A stretch of DNA of 64,000 bases from Ottowia sp. (lineage in GTDB: Bacteria; Pseudomonadota; Gammaproteobacteria; Burkholderiales; Burkholderiaceae_C): NCBI RefSeq assembly GCF_047601385.1, contig NZ_JASGJP010000001.1, positions 466,487-530,486 on the forward strand. The letters are read 5' to 3'. The translations under genes and the position numbers were made by a program. How positions within the stretch are numbered: position 1 is the first letter of the stretch; each line of letters opens with the position of its first letter. The notes under the pieces were generated by a model. The model ran no database searches, was not told the DNA's origin, and saw nothing but the letters and a program-made list of their open reading frames with translations. Below are positions 10,536 through 19,744 of this stretch, in pieces.

Positions 10536-12041
10536 ATGAAACCCATCCCGCACCTTGCCGCGCTGGCGCTGATGCTGGTTCTGAGCACGGCCCACGCGCA
10601 ACTGAACGACACCGGCCAGACCGCCTGCACCGACAGCGCGGGCGCGGCCATCGCCTGCGCCGATCCGGGCGACCACTCCGGGCAGGACGGTCGCTTTGGC
10701 CGCGACGCGCAGGCCGGCGGCGCGGCGTTCAGCTTCTCCTCGCTCGACGGCGGCTGTCTGCAAGACGGCATCACCGGCCTCATCTGGTCGGGCGAAACGC
10801 TGACCGGCCCCTGGGCCAGCTTCAGCGGCCTGGCCTACGACCGCTGCGGCATCGCCACCGGCTGGCGGCTGCCTACGCGGCGCGAGCTGCTGTCCATCGT
10901 GCACCACGGCGCCAGCCAGCCCGCCAGCGCTTTCCCCGGCACGCAAAGCGCGCCGTACTGGAGCAGCGACACGCAGGGCGGCAATGCCTGGGCGGTGGAC
11001 TTTGCCGATGGCGACACGAAGCAGATCGACCAGGCCGAAACCCACGCCGCCCGCCTGGTGGTGCGCCCCGCCAACCAGCCGCCCACCATCACCCTGGGCG
11101 CGAACATCGTGGTGCCGCAAGGCGACAAGCCCGGCCCGCGCACCTACCCCGCCTGGGCCACCGGCATCAGCCCCGGCCCTGCGCGCGAGGCGGGGCAGCA
11201 CCTGACGGCAACGGTGGAGCTGCTGCCCTTGCAACCCGGCGATCCCAAGGCGCTGGAGTTCGAGACACCGCCCGCCATCGACCCGGCCACGGGCGATTTG
11301 ACATTCACCCTGAAGCACCGCATCGCCAACTACGACGCCCAGGCCCGCCCCACCCATGACTATTGGGTCTCCTCCGCCGGGCTGGCGCGCCTGCGCGTCA
11401 CGCTGCAAGACGACGGCGGCACGGCAGGCGGCGGGCACGACAGCACCAGCGCCGACTTCACCGTTTTTCTCGACCCCGTGCCCAGCGTGTTCAGCCCCAA
11501 CATCAAGCACGCCTGGAAGCCCGCCTGCGTCCCCTTCACCATGCTCGCGATGGACCCGGACACCGACTGGGTCATCCCCGACGACTGGTACCACGGCGCG
11601 CCCTGGTGGCCGTACCCCACGTTCAAGTTCCTCACCTACCCGTCCCAGGGCTTCATCACCGACTACGTGTCGTTCCGCACCCCCGATGGGGACGAGGCCA
11701 TCCGCTTTGCCAGCGCACGCGGCAGCTTTGACTACGTGCTGCCCAAGACCGGCATGGTCAAAGTCGGCACCCAGGCCGCCAGCGCGCAGGCCGCCGTCAA
11801 GGCCGTCGTGCAAGACCCCCTGCCCGGCATCCAGGCCGTGATGGAGCCGCGCCCCGCGCACATCACCTGGATCGACGAGGACACCCCCGGCCTGAGCTTC
11901 AACTTCGCCATGACCTGGTGCTACGTGCCCTTCAGCAGCACCTTCACCGGTTCCGACACCTTCACCTACCAAGTCACCGACCCGGACGGCAACGTCAGCC
12001 AACCTGGGGTGGTCAGCATCGAAATCTTTGAGCTCAAGTGA
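10536..12041 (+). CDS. Secreted DUF1566 (Lcl) domain protein A with C-terminal Ig-like regions
   Basis: Signal peptide AHA-Q, LNDTGQTAC..GQDGRFGRD, GWRLPTRREL, YWSS, AWAVDF; C-terminal GSDTFTYQVTD. Confidence 0.8.
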   Translation: MKPIPHLAALALMLVLSTAHAQLNDTGQTACTDSAGAAIACADPGDHSGQDGRFGRDAQAGGAAFSFSSLDGGCLQDGITGLIWSGETLTGPWASFSGLAYDRCGIATGWRLPTRRELLSIVHHGASQPASAFPGTQSAPYWSSDTQGGNAWAVDFADGDTKQIDQAETHAARLVVRPANQPPTITLGANIVVPQGDKPGPRTYPAWATGISPGPAREAGQHLTATVELLPLQPGDPKALEFETPPAIDPATGDLTFTLKHRIANYDAQARPTHDYWVSSAGLARLRVTLQDDGGTAGGGHDSTSADFTVFLDPVPSVFSPNIKHAWKPACVPFTMLAMDPDTDWVIPDDWYHGAPWWPYPTFKFLTYPSQGFITDYVSFRTPDGDEAIRFASARGSFDYVLPKTGMVKVGTQAASAQAAVKAVVQDPLPGIQAVMEPRPAHITWIDEDTPGLSFNFAMTWCYVPFSSTFTGSDTFTYQVTDPDGNVSQPGVVSIEIFELK

Positions 12042-14569
12042 TGGCGATAACTATCAAAAACATAGCTGCTCGCGCCCGTCCAGCAGGCGCTACAGCCCCA
12101 AAATTCTTCAAACTCCTGCTGGCCTGCCTGCTGCCCTGGCTGTTCGCCAGCGCCGCCCTGGCCCAGCCCGTCACCGCCCAATCGCAGGCCGTGCAGACCG
12201 CCTTCAACCAGGTCGTCTTCGTCGCCCTGCAAGCGGCGGACGCCACGCCCGGCGGGCCGCATGCGCTGACCTACGCCATCACCAGCGGGCCGTCGCACGG
12301 CAGCTTCTTCGGCAACTCGCTCAACCTGCAAACCGGCACCTTCTCGTACCAGCCCGCGCCCGACTACTACGGCAGCGACAGCATCACCTTCACCGCCAGC
12401 AACGCCCACGGCACCTCGGCCCCGGCCACGGTCAGCATCACCGTGGCCGCGCCGCTGCCGCCGCTGGCGTATGACAACCAGCATTTCAGCGTGCCCTTCA
12501 ACACCACGCGCGACCTGCTCCTGGCCTATTCCAACGTCAACTTCAGCCTGACGCAGACCAACTACGCGCCCACGTTCGAGTTCGTCACCCCGCCCGCGCA
12601 CGGCAGCGCCACGTTCCACCTCAACGCCGCCACCTACACGCCCACCATCAACTACAGCGGGCCGGACAGCTTCACCTACCGCATCGTCGGGCGCTACGGC
12701 ACCTCGGCCACCGTCACCGCCACCATCGACGTGGCCGCCGCCGGGCTGCCCGTGGCGCAGCCGGGCCACCAGTTCGTGCCGCACGGCACGGCCACCGCCA
12801 TCCCCCTGGCGGCGCAGGACGGCAACCCCGGCGGTCCCTGGCCGCTGACCTACGCCGCCGCCGACCAGCCCGCGCACGGCGGCGTCACCGTCAGCGGCAG
12901 CACGGCCACTTACACACCCGCCAGCGGGTATTGGGGCGAAGACAGCTTTACCTACACCGCCACGTCGGCCAACGGCACATCGGCCCCCGCCGCCGTGCGC
13001 GTGCTGGTGGGCCAGCCCGTCACGCTGGGCGTGGCAGGCGGGCGCGGCGACACGGGCCAGATCGCCTGCACCGACAGCACGGGCGCGGCCCTGCTCTGCG
13101 CCGCGCCATCGGCCCACCCCGGCCAGGACGGCCGCTTTGGCCGCGACGCGCAGGCGGGCGCGGCGGCGTTCGACCTGGTGGCCGACAGCGGCTGCGTGCA
13201 GGACCGCGTGACCGGCCTCACCTGGTCGGACGAAACGCTGACCGGCCCCTGGGCCAGCTTCAACGGCATGGCCTACACCCGCTGCGGCATCGCCAGCGGC
13301 TGGCGGCTGCCCACGCGGCGCGAGCTGCTGACCACCGTGCACCACGGCGCCAGCCACCCCGCCAGCACGCTGCCCAACACCCAAAGCGCGCCGTACTGGA
13401 GCAGCGACGCGCAGGGCGCGAACGCCTGGGCGGTGGACTTCACCGACGGCAACACCACAAAGATCGCCCAGGCCGAAAGCCACGCCGCCCGCCTGGTGGC
13501 ACTGCCCGCCAACCAGCCGCCCACCATCACCCTGGGCGCGGCGGAAATCGTGCTGTCCAACAACGAAATGCCCGGCCCGCGCCGCTACCCCGGCTGGGCC
13601 ACCGGCATCAGCCCCGGCCCGGCGCGCGAGGCCGGGCAGCAGCTCATCGCCACCGTGCGCCTGCTGCCCGTGCCGGGCGAAAAGACGCTGACCTTCGACG
13701 TGCCCCCCGCCATCGACCCGGCCACCGGCGACCTGACCTTTACCGTGGAGCACCGCATCTACCCCAAAGGCCAGTTGCCCGTCTATGACCCGGACACCCC
13801 CCTGAACACACCCCCGGATCAATGGCCGGTGCGCGACGTTTTCTACTGGGCCTCCGCCGCCGGGCGCGTGCGCGTCGAAGTGACCCTGCAAGACGACGGC
13901 GGCACCGCAGGCGGCGGCGCGGACACCACCGTCCAGACCTTCGACATCGCCATCTCGCCCGTGCCCCTGGCCTTCGACATCGACATCAAGCACCCGTGGA
14001 AGGCCGCCTGCATCCCCGTCACCATGCACGCGCAGGACATCGACACCGACACCGAGGTCAGCGTCACCTACCCCCTGCGCTACGCGCCGCTGTTCCGCAT
14101 CAAGACGTACTCGAACGAAGGCTTCCTGACCGACTACGTAGCGCGCCGCACGCCCGACGGCGACGAGGCGATCCGCTTTGCCAGCGCACGCGGCAGCTTT
14201 GACTACGTGCTGCCCAAGACCGGCATGGTCAAAGTGGGCACGCAAGCCGCCGCCAGGGTCGTGCCCAGCCCCGCCCGCGCCGCCGCCCTGTCCACCAAAT
14301 CCGCCACGTCCACCGCATCCACCAGCGGCATCAGCGTGCCCCTGGGCGACACGGTGGACTCCGTACCCGACCACGTCGGCATCACCGGCAGCCGCGCGCC
14401 CGTGCCCGGCCCCGTCAGCCCCTGGGGCTTCTTCGCCGACACCCTCTGCTACGTGCCCTTCAGCAGCACCTTCGTCGGCTCTGACGTCTTCACCTACACG
14501 GTGGTGGACGTGGATGGCAACGAAAGCGCGCCCGCCAGCGTGAGCATTGAAATCTACGAGGTGAAATGA
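12038..14569 (+). CDS. Secreted protein B: three tandem Ig-like (Big_9/cadherin-like) repeats plus a paralogue of protein A
   Basis: Repeated PxHG..YxP..Y.G.DSFTY units, then a DUF1566 domain; ATGA coupling to gene A. Confidence 0.8.
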   Translation: MMAITIKNIAARARPAGATAPKFFKLLLACLLPWLFASAALAQPVTAQSQAVQTAFNQVVFVALQAADATPGGPHALTYAITSGPSHGSFFGNSLNLQTGTFSYQPAPDYYGSDSITFTASNAHGTSAPATVSITVAAPLPPLAYDNQHFSVPFNTTRDLLLAYSNVNFSLTQTNYAPTFEFVTPPAHGSATFHLNAATYTPTINYSGPDSFTYRIVGRYGTSATVTATIDVAAAGLPVAQPGHQFVPHGTATAIPLAAQDGNPGGPWPLTYAAADQPAHGGVTVSGSTATYTPASGYWGEDSFTYTATSANGTSAPAAVRVLVGQPVTLGVAGGRGDTGQIACTDSTGAALLCAAPSAHPGQDGRFGRDAQAGAAAFDLVADSGCVQDRVTGLTWSDETLTGPWASFNGMAYTRCGIASGWRLPTRRELLTTVHHGASHPASTLPNTQSAPYWSSDAQGANAWAVDFTDGNTTKIAQAESHAARLVALPANQPPTITLGAAEIVLSNNEMPGPRRYPGWATGISPGPAREAGQQLIATVRLLPVPGEKTLTFDVPPAIDPATGDLTFTVEHRIYPKGQLPVYDPDTPLNTPPDQWPVRDVFYWASAAGRVRVEVTLQDDGGTAGGGADTTVQTFDIAISPVPLAFDIDIKHPWKAACIPVTMHAQDIDTDTEVSVTYPLRYAPLFRIKTYSNEGFLTDYVARRTPDGDEAIRFASARGSFDYVLPKTGMVKVGTQAAARVVPSPARAAALSTKSATSTASTSGISVPLGDTVDSVPDHVGITGSRAPVPGPVSPWGFFADTLCYVPFSSTFVGSDVFTYTVVDVDGNESAPASVSIEIYEVK
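12050..12112 (+). repeat. 62-bp element encoding the N-terminus of Lcl gene B
   Basis: ACTAT-CAAAAAC-ATAGC-TGCTCGCGC...GCGCTACA-GCCC. Confidence 0.85.
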
Positions 14570-15561
14570 TGAGCGCTATCAAAAACAAAGCTGCCAGCGC
14601 TTGCCAGACGGGCGCTACAGGCCAAAAAGGCTTGAAACTTTTGCTGATCCCCGCAGCCCTCGCCGCCGTCGTTGCCCACGCCGAGCCCCTGCAATGGGAC
14701 ACCTGCGCCTGGGGCCAAACCGAATCGGGCAACGCCTGCACCGGCACGCCCGCCGCCCTCACCTGGCAGCAGGCCCTGCAAGCCGCGCAGCAGGCCAACG
14801 GCGCGGGCCACCAGGGCCACAGCGACTGGCGCGTGCCCAACCGCACCGAGCTGGAATCCACCGTCGATCTGGCCGCGCCGCAAGCGGGCGCGTACTGGTC
14901 CTCCACCAGCTACCACCCCGCCCCCGCCCAGGCATGGGGCGTGGACTTCGCCGACGGCAGCTCCAGCCCCGCCGCCAAGACCAGCGCGCAGGCCCTGCGC
15001 CTGGTGCGCGGCGGCGACGACTACCGCGCGCCCGGCCCCGCCACCACGCCGCCGCTGCCCCTGCCCAGCAACCCCGGCGAGACGGCGCAGGCCGCCGTGA
15101 CGGGCGGCGGCAGCACCTGCGGCTTTGCCAGCGCGGGCTTCATCAGCGCCGCCACGCTGCCCGCGCCGCCCGCCCACGTCACGCTGGCGGCGGACCCGTT
15201 CGACTTCGTGCTCGACGGCTGCACGCCCGGCAGCACGGTGCAGATCACCATCACCTACCCGCAGCCGCTGCCCAGCGGCGCGCAGTTCTGGAAGCACGGC
15301 CCGCGCCCCGGGCAGGCGGCGGGCTGGTACGCCTACCCCCATGCCGCCGTCAGCGGCAACACCGTGGTGCTCACGCTGACCGACGGCGCCCTGGGCGACG
15401 ACGACCTGGACGCCACCAACGGCCGCATCGTGGACGCGGGCGCGCCGGCGGTGATGGCCATGGCGGCCGGCGGTGTGGCGGCGATCCCCACGCTGTCGCA
15501 GTGGGGCATGCTGCTGCTGTCGGCCCTGCTGGGGCTGGTGGCGCTGCGCCGCAGGGCTTGA
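14566..15561 (+). CDS. DUF1566 plus choice-of-anchor-U-like domain with IPTL-CTERM sorting signal (protein C)
   Basis: DWRVPNRTEL/YWSS/AWGVDF; LTLTDGALGDDD; C-terminus IPTLSQWGMLLLSALLGLVALRRRA. Confidence 0.85.
   Translation: MMSAIKNKAASACQTGATGQKGLKLLLIPAALAAVVAHAEPLQWDTCAWGQTESGNACTGTPAALTWQQALQAAQQANGAGHQGHSDWRVPNRTELESTVDLAAPQAGAYWSSTSYHPAPAQAWGVDFADGSSSPAAKTSAQALRLVRGGDDYRAPGPATTPPLPLPSNPGETAQAAVTGGGSTCGFASAGFISAATLPAPPAHVTLAADPFDFVLDGCTPGSTVQITITYPQPLPSGAQFWKHGPRPGQAAGWYAYPHAAVSGNTVVLTLTDGALGDDDLDATNGRIVDAGAPAVMAMAAGGVAAIPTLSQWGMLLLSALLGLVALRRRA
14575..14637 (+). repeat. 62-bp element encoding the N-terminus of Lcl gene C
   Basis: GCTAT-CAAAAAC-AAAGC-TGCCAGCGC...GCGCTACA-GGCC-AAAAAGGCTTGAAA. 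Confidence 0.9.
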
Positions 15562-15639
15562 CCTGCGCCGGCAAGCCGGCGCCTAGGGTGCAGGGGCATC
15601 GTGGGCGTAGATGTCCCGGTAGAGCCGCAGCGCGGCCGC

Positions 15640-16070
15640 GCGCAGTTCATCCCTGGGCCGATCGGCGCGGCTTGTGAAAACAGCAGCGCGTTGAGCTCGC
15701 AGAAGCGCGCGTAAACGGCTGCGTGCGCACGATGCGGACAAGGCTCAGCCGAAGCGGGCCGCACCCCCAGCGAGGCCCGCACGGCACGTAGCCAGCCGGC
15801 ATCCAGATGCAGCATCTGGTAGCCCCACGCCGTGCCGCGCAAGGGGTTGCAGGCGTGCACGCGACCGGCCGGCACGAGGATGACGGCACCCGGGTGCAGC
15901 AGCACGGGGCCGTCGCCCGCGTCGGCGAACACGCTGGTGCCTTCATCGACCGCGCCGATGGAAAACGTGGGATGGCTGTGCAGCCGGCAGCAGGCCCGGC
16001 TGCGGCAGGCGCGCCGGCTTTCGGCATACGGCAGCACGGGGTCGCGCCAGAACCGGGCGGTGCCATCCAT
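15640..16070 (-). pseudogene. Truncated AraC-family regulator (ligand-binding cupin only, no HTH)
   Basis: FWRDPVLPYAESRRAC...HSHPTFSIGAVDEG...VHACNP; reading then degenerates into the antisense of gene C. The 3' boundary is approximate. Confidence 0.65.
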
Positions 16071-16081
16071 GCATCTTTTCG

Positions 16082-16142
16082 ACTATGTTTTCAATAGCGC
16101 CTTGCGTTTGTTCGGCGCCCGCTGGCAGCCTAAAGCACCGCG
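16082..16142 (+). repeat. 62-bp element, degenerate
   Basis: ACTAT-GTTTTCA-ATAGC, 28 nt, then AGCC. Confidence 0.65.
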
Positions 16143-16149
16143 ATCACGT

Positions 16150-17019
16150 CTACGCCTTCGGGTAGTCGTCGTACAGCCCGCGCCCGTTCTTGCGCCCCAG
16201 GCGCCCGTCGGCCAGCAGTTGCCGCAGCAGCACGCGCGGCCCTTCCGGCAGGCCGGCGCGCTTCTGGGCATAGTTCTCCTCGATGTCCAGCACCACGTCC
16301 AGCCCCACCAGATCCATCAGCCGGCAGGGGCCCGCCGCCATGCCGGTGGCCTGGGTGTAGATGGCATCCACCTCGGCCGGCGTGGCCACGCCCTCGGCCA
16401 CCACGGCCAGCGTCTCGCGCTTGATGGCGGCCCAGATGCGGTTGAAGATGAAGCCCGTGCTCTCGCGCCGCACCACGTAGGGCGTCAGGCCGTAGCGCGG
16501 CAGCAGTTCGGCCAGCAGCGGGATGATGGCCGGGTCGGTCTGGCCGCAGGACATCAGCTCCACCGGGGGCATCTCCGGCGGCTGAAGGAAGTGGGTGTTC
16601 AGCAGGCGCGCCGGGTTGCGCACGCTGTCCGAGAACTCGCTGGAGGCGTAGGACGAGGAGTTGCTGGCCAGGATGGCGTCGGGCTCGGCCAGCGCATCGA
16701 CCTGGGCGAAGATTTCCCTCTTCAGCGCCAGCTGCTCGGGCACCGATTCGAACACCAGCCACGCGCCCTTCAGCGCGTCGGCCAGGTTGTCCACGGCGAC
16801 GATGCGGCCGGCGGTGCTGCCGGGCAGCTTGGCAAGCATGGCGGGCAGCTGCTCGCGCGCCCAGGCCACGCCGGCGTCGCGCGTGGCGGCGCTGCGGGCG
16901 TACAGGCGCACCTCGGCGCCGCGCGTGGCCATCATCAGCGCGATGCGGCGGCCCAGGGTGCCGGCGCCCAGCACGGCGATGGGGCGGGTGTCGATGCGGT
17001 CGGGAAGGGTAAAACTCAA
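16150..17019 (-). CDS. 3-hydroxyacyl-CoA dehydrogenase family protein
   Basis: GAGTLG Rossmann motif, ESVPE, LASNSSS, THF, GFIFNR; probable TTG start with GGAG RBS. Confidence 0.88.
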   Translation of the reverse strand: MSFTLPDRIDTRPIAVLGAGTLGRRIALMMATRGAEVRLYARSAATRDAGVAWAREQLPAMLAKLPGSTAGRIVAVDNLADALKGAWLVFESVPEQLALKREIFAQVDALAEPDAILASNSSSYASSEFSDSVRNPARLLNTHFLQPPEMPPVELMSCGQTDPAIIPLLAELLPRYGLTPYVVRRESTGFIFNRIWAAIKRETLAVVAEGVATPAEVDAIYTQATGMAAGPCRLMDLVGLDVVLDIEENYAQKRAGLPEGPRVLLRQLLADGRLGRKNGRGLYDDYPKA

Positions 17020-17040
17020 GGCATGTCTCCAGGGGTGGTT

Positions 17041-17104
17041 ACTCTTATATTCATAGCTGCTCGCGCTTTCTGCAAGCGCGCTACAGGCCAAAAACACTTA
17101 AAAA
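17041..17104 (+). repeat. 62-bp element containing the dnaB stop codon
   Basis: ATAGC-TGCTCGCGCT...GCGCTACA-GGCC-AAAAACACTTAAAA. Confidence 0.9.
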
Positions 17105-18513
17105 TCATCACTGGCGCCGACGGCCAGACTCTCGAAGCGCGTCAGCGGCTTGATGAAGGCGAGCTTGACGGTGCCGGTGGGCCCGTTGCGCTGCTTGCCG
17201 ATGATGATCTCGGCCACGCCGGGCTCGCGCGAGTCCTTGTTGTAGTAGTCGTCGCGGTAGATGAACATGATGATATCGGCGTCCTGCTCGATGGCGCCGG
17301 ACTCGCGCAGGTCGCTCATCATGGGCCGCTTGTCGGTGCGCTGCTCCACGCTGCGGTTGAGCTGCGAGAGCGCGATCACCGGGCATTGCAGCTCCTTGGC
17401 CAGCGCCTTCAAGCCGCGCGATATCTCGCCCAGCTCGGTGGCGCGGTTCTCGTCGCCGCTGCTGCTGCCGCTCATCAGCTGCAGGTAGTCCACCACGATC
17501 AGGCCCAGCTTGCCGCACTGGCGCGCCAGCCGGCGCGCGTTGGCGCGCAGCTCGCTGGGCGTGAGGCCGGGCGTCTCGTCGATGTGCAAGCTGACGTTGC
17601 GCAGGCGCTCGATGGCCTCGGTCAGGCGCGGCCACTCCTCGTCGGTGAGCTTGCCGGTGCGCAGGTGGCTCTGATCGATGCGCCCGATGGAGCCGACGAT
17701 GCGCACCGCCAGCTGCGAGGCGCCCATTTCCATCGAGAACACGGCCACCGGCAGCCCTTCGTTCAGCGCCGCGTGCTCGGCGATGTTGATGGCGAAGGCG
17801 GTCTTGCCCATCGACGGGCGCGCGGCCAGCACCACCAGGTCGCCGGCTTGCAGGCCGGCGGTCATGCGGTCGAGGTCGTAGAAGCCCGTCGGCACGCCGG
17901 TGACGTCGTTCGGGTTGTCGGCCATCTCCTGCACGCGGTCGAGCAGCTGCACCACCAGGCTGTCCATGGCCTGGAAGCCCTGCTTCATGCGCGAGCCTTC
18001 CTCGCCGATGTGGAAGATCTTGGCCTCGGCTTCGTCCAGGATCTTGTCCACCGCGCGGCCCTGCGGGTTGAAGGCGCTGGTGGCGATCTCGTCGCTGGCG
18101 CTGACCAGCTTGCGCAGCACCGAGCGCTCGCGCACGATCTCGGCGTAGCGGCGGATGTTGCTGGCGCTGGGCACGTACTGCGCCAGCGAGTTCAGGTAGG
18201 CCAGCCCGCCCGCGTCCTCGGCCTTGCCCTGGCGCTGCAGTTCCTCGTGGACGGTGATGACGTCGGCCGGCTTGGTCTCGTTGACGAGCTTGCCGACGGC
18301 GGCGTAGACCAGGCGGTGTTCGTAGCGGTAGAAGTCGCTGTCGATCAGCAGGTCGCCCACGCGGTCCCAGGCGCCGTTGTCCAGCAGCAGGCCGCCGAGC
18401 ACGCTGGACTCGGCCTCGATCGAATGCGGCGGAATGCGCAGCTGCGCCACCTGGCGGTCGGTCGGCAGGTCGTCGCCGAGGTCGGCGTAGCTGGGGGGGA
18501 AAACGGAGGACAT
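17098..18513 (-). CDS. dnaB: Replicative DNA helicase
   Basis: PPHSIEAE, AARPSMGKTA, VVDYLQLM, DLRESGAIEQDAD, KQRNGP. Confidence 0.98.
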   Translation of the reverse strand: MSSVFPPSYADLGDDLPTDRQVAQLRIPPHSIEAESSVLGGLLLDNGAWDRVGDLLIDSDFYRYEHRLVYAAVGKLVNETKPADVITVHEELQRQGKAEDAGGLAYLNSLAQYVPSASNIRRYAEIVRERSVLRKLVSASDEIATSAFNPQGRAVDKILDEAEAKIFHIGEEGSRMKQGFQAMDSLVVQLLDRVQEMADNPNDVTGVPTGFYDLDRMTAGLQAGDLVVLAARPSMGKTAFAINIAEHAALNEGLPVAVFSMEMGASQLAVRIVGSIGRIDQSHLRTGKLTDEEWPRLTEAIERLRNVSLHIDETPGLTPSELRANARRLARQCGKLGLIVVDYLQLMSGSSSGDENRATELGEISRGLKALAKELQCPVIALSQLNRSVEQRTDKRPMMSDLRESGAIEQDADIIMFIYRDDYYNKDSREPGVAEIIIGKQRNGPTGTVKLAFIKPLTRFESLAVGASDDF

Positions 18514-18614
18514 GCAGCGGAAGAAGCGTCGGCGCCCATGCTACGCCTCCGGGCGGCGCGTGTCATGGGAAAAGGCTGTGGAAAAGCGGTGCGCAAATCG
18601 GCGCGCCAAACGAC

Positions 18615-18637
18615 AAGGCCGCCCATGGGGCGGCCTT
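18615..18637 (-). terminator. Hairpin after rplI
   Basis: AAGGCCGCCC-ATG-GGGCGGCCTT. Confidence 0.55.
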
Positions 18638-18657
18638 GCGCGCGGGATCAACAGGCG

Positions 18658-19110
18658 TCAGGCGGTTTCGCCGTAGACGGCCACGGTGATCTCGGCGTCC
18701 ACATCGGTGTGCAGGGACACGGACACGGTGGTGTCGCCCACGGTCTTGATCGGGCCGCTGGGCAGGCGCACCTGCGACTTGTGCACGTCGAAGCCCTGCT
18801 TCTTCAGCTCGTCGGCGATGTCGTGGTTGGTGACCGAGCCGAACAGGCGGCCGTCGACGCCGGCCTTCTGCGTCAGCTTGACGGTCTGGCCGTTCAGCTT
18901 CTCGCCCACGGCTTGCGCGGCGGCCAGCTTCTCGGCGGCCTGCTTCTCCAGCTCGGCGCGGCGGGCCTCGAACTCGGCCTTGGCGGCCTCGGTGGCGCGG
19001 CGGGCGCGGCCGCTGGGGATCAGGAAGTTGCGGGCATACCCGTCCTTGACCTTGACGATCTCGCCCAGGTTGCCCAGGTTGACAACCTTGTCCAGAAGAA
19101 TGACTTGCAT
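18658..19110 (-). CDS. rplI: 50S ribosomal protein L9
   Basis: [25 protein letters not shown]; GRLFGSVT. Confidence 0.98.
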   Translation of the reverse strand: MQVILLDKVVNLGNLGEIVKVKDGYARNFLIPSGRARRATEAAKAEFEARRAELEKQAAEKLAAAQAVGEKLNGQTVKLTQKAGVDGRLFGSVTNHDIADELKKQGFDVHKSQVRLPSGPIKTVGDTTVSVSLHTDVDAEITVAVYGETA

Positions 19111-19123
19111 GGTGGCTTCTCCT

Positions 19124-19405
19124 TCAGACGCGGTGCTGGTCGCTGTAGGGCAGCAGCGCCAGGAAGCGCGCGCGCTTGATGGCGGTGTTGAGCTGGCGCT
19201 GGTAGATGGCGCGCGTGCCGGTCAGGCGCGCGGGCACGATCTTGCCGTTCTCGCCGATGAAGTCGCGCAGGGTGTCGACGTCCTTGTAGTCGATCTCCTC
19301 GACGCCGGCGACGGTGAAGCGGCAGAAGCGCTTGCGCTTGAACAGCAGCGACTGGGTGTTGCGCTTGGGGCGCCGATCCTTGTTGAATTTCTTGAACGTG
19401 GCCAT
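19124..19405 (-). CDS. rpsR: 30S ribosomal protein S18
   Basis: [36 protein letters not shown]. Confidence 0.98.
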   Translation of the reverse strand: MATFKKFNKDRRPKRNTQSLLFKRKRFCRFTVAGVEEIDYKDVDTLRDFIGENGKIVPARLTGTRAIYQRQLNTAIKRARFLALLPYSDQHRV

Positions 19406-19744
19406 TTAAGAGCCTCCTTGAAACTGGTCTTGCTGAAAATCCTGGATGTGGAGCACCACTGACTTGCCGTTGCGCGGGCTGGCCAGAAAGCCGGTGAAGC
19501 ACCAGCTGGAGCCGACCGCCTGCCTGCCGAGCCGCTCGGCGACGGCGCCCAGCGCCACCGCCTTGAGCGCCACCTTCGCCTGCCGGCCCTGCCCCGCCTC
19601 CTCCACCGCCGACTCGTGTTCGAGCCGCAGATCGAGGGCGGGCAGCCCGGCGGGCGTGAGGCGCGGCGCGCCCAGCTCGGCGATGCAGGCCGTGATGCGG
19701 AGCTGGTTCGCCCCGCCGGCCCGCGCGCCGGGTTCGGTCGTCAG
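19406..19744 (-). CDS. priB: Primosomal protein PriB (start uncertain, possibly CTG)
   Basis: [16 protein letters not shown] and [17 protein letters not shown]; located between rpsF and rpsR. Confidence 0.85.
   Translation of the reverse strand: MTTEPGARAGGANQLRITACIAELGAPRLTPAGLPALDLRLEHESAVEEAGQGRQAKVALKAVALGAVAERLGRQAVGSSWCFTGFLASPRNGKSVVLHIQDFQQDQFQGGS

Noticed and set aside
10536-15561. Diversity-generating retroelement targeting the DUF1566 domains
   Set aside because: No reverse transcriptase or avd in the window. Differences between the paralogous copies are not adenine-specific, the Lcl domains are not C-terminal, and no non-coding template repeat is visible. A remote DGR cannot be excluded without a genome search.
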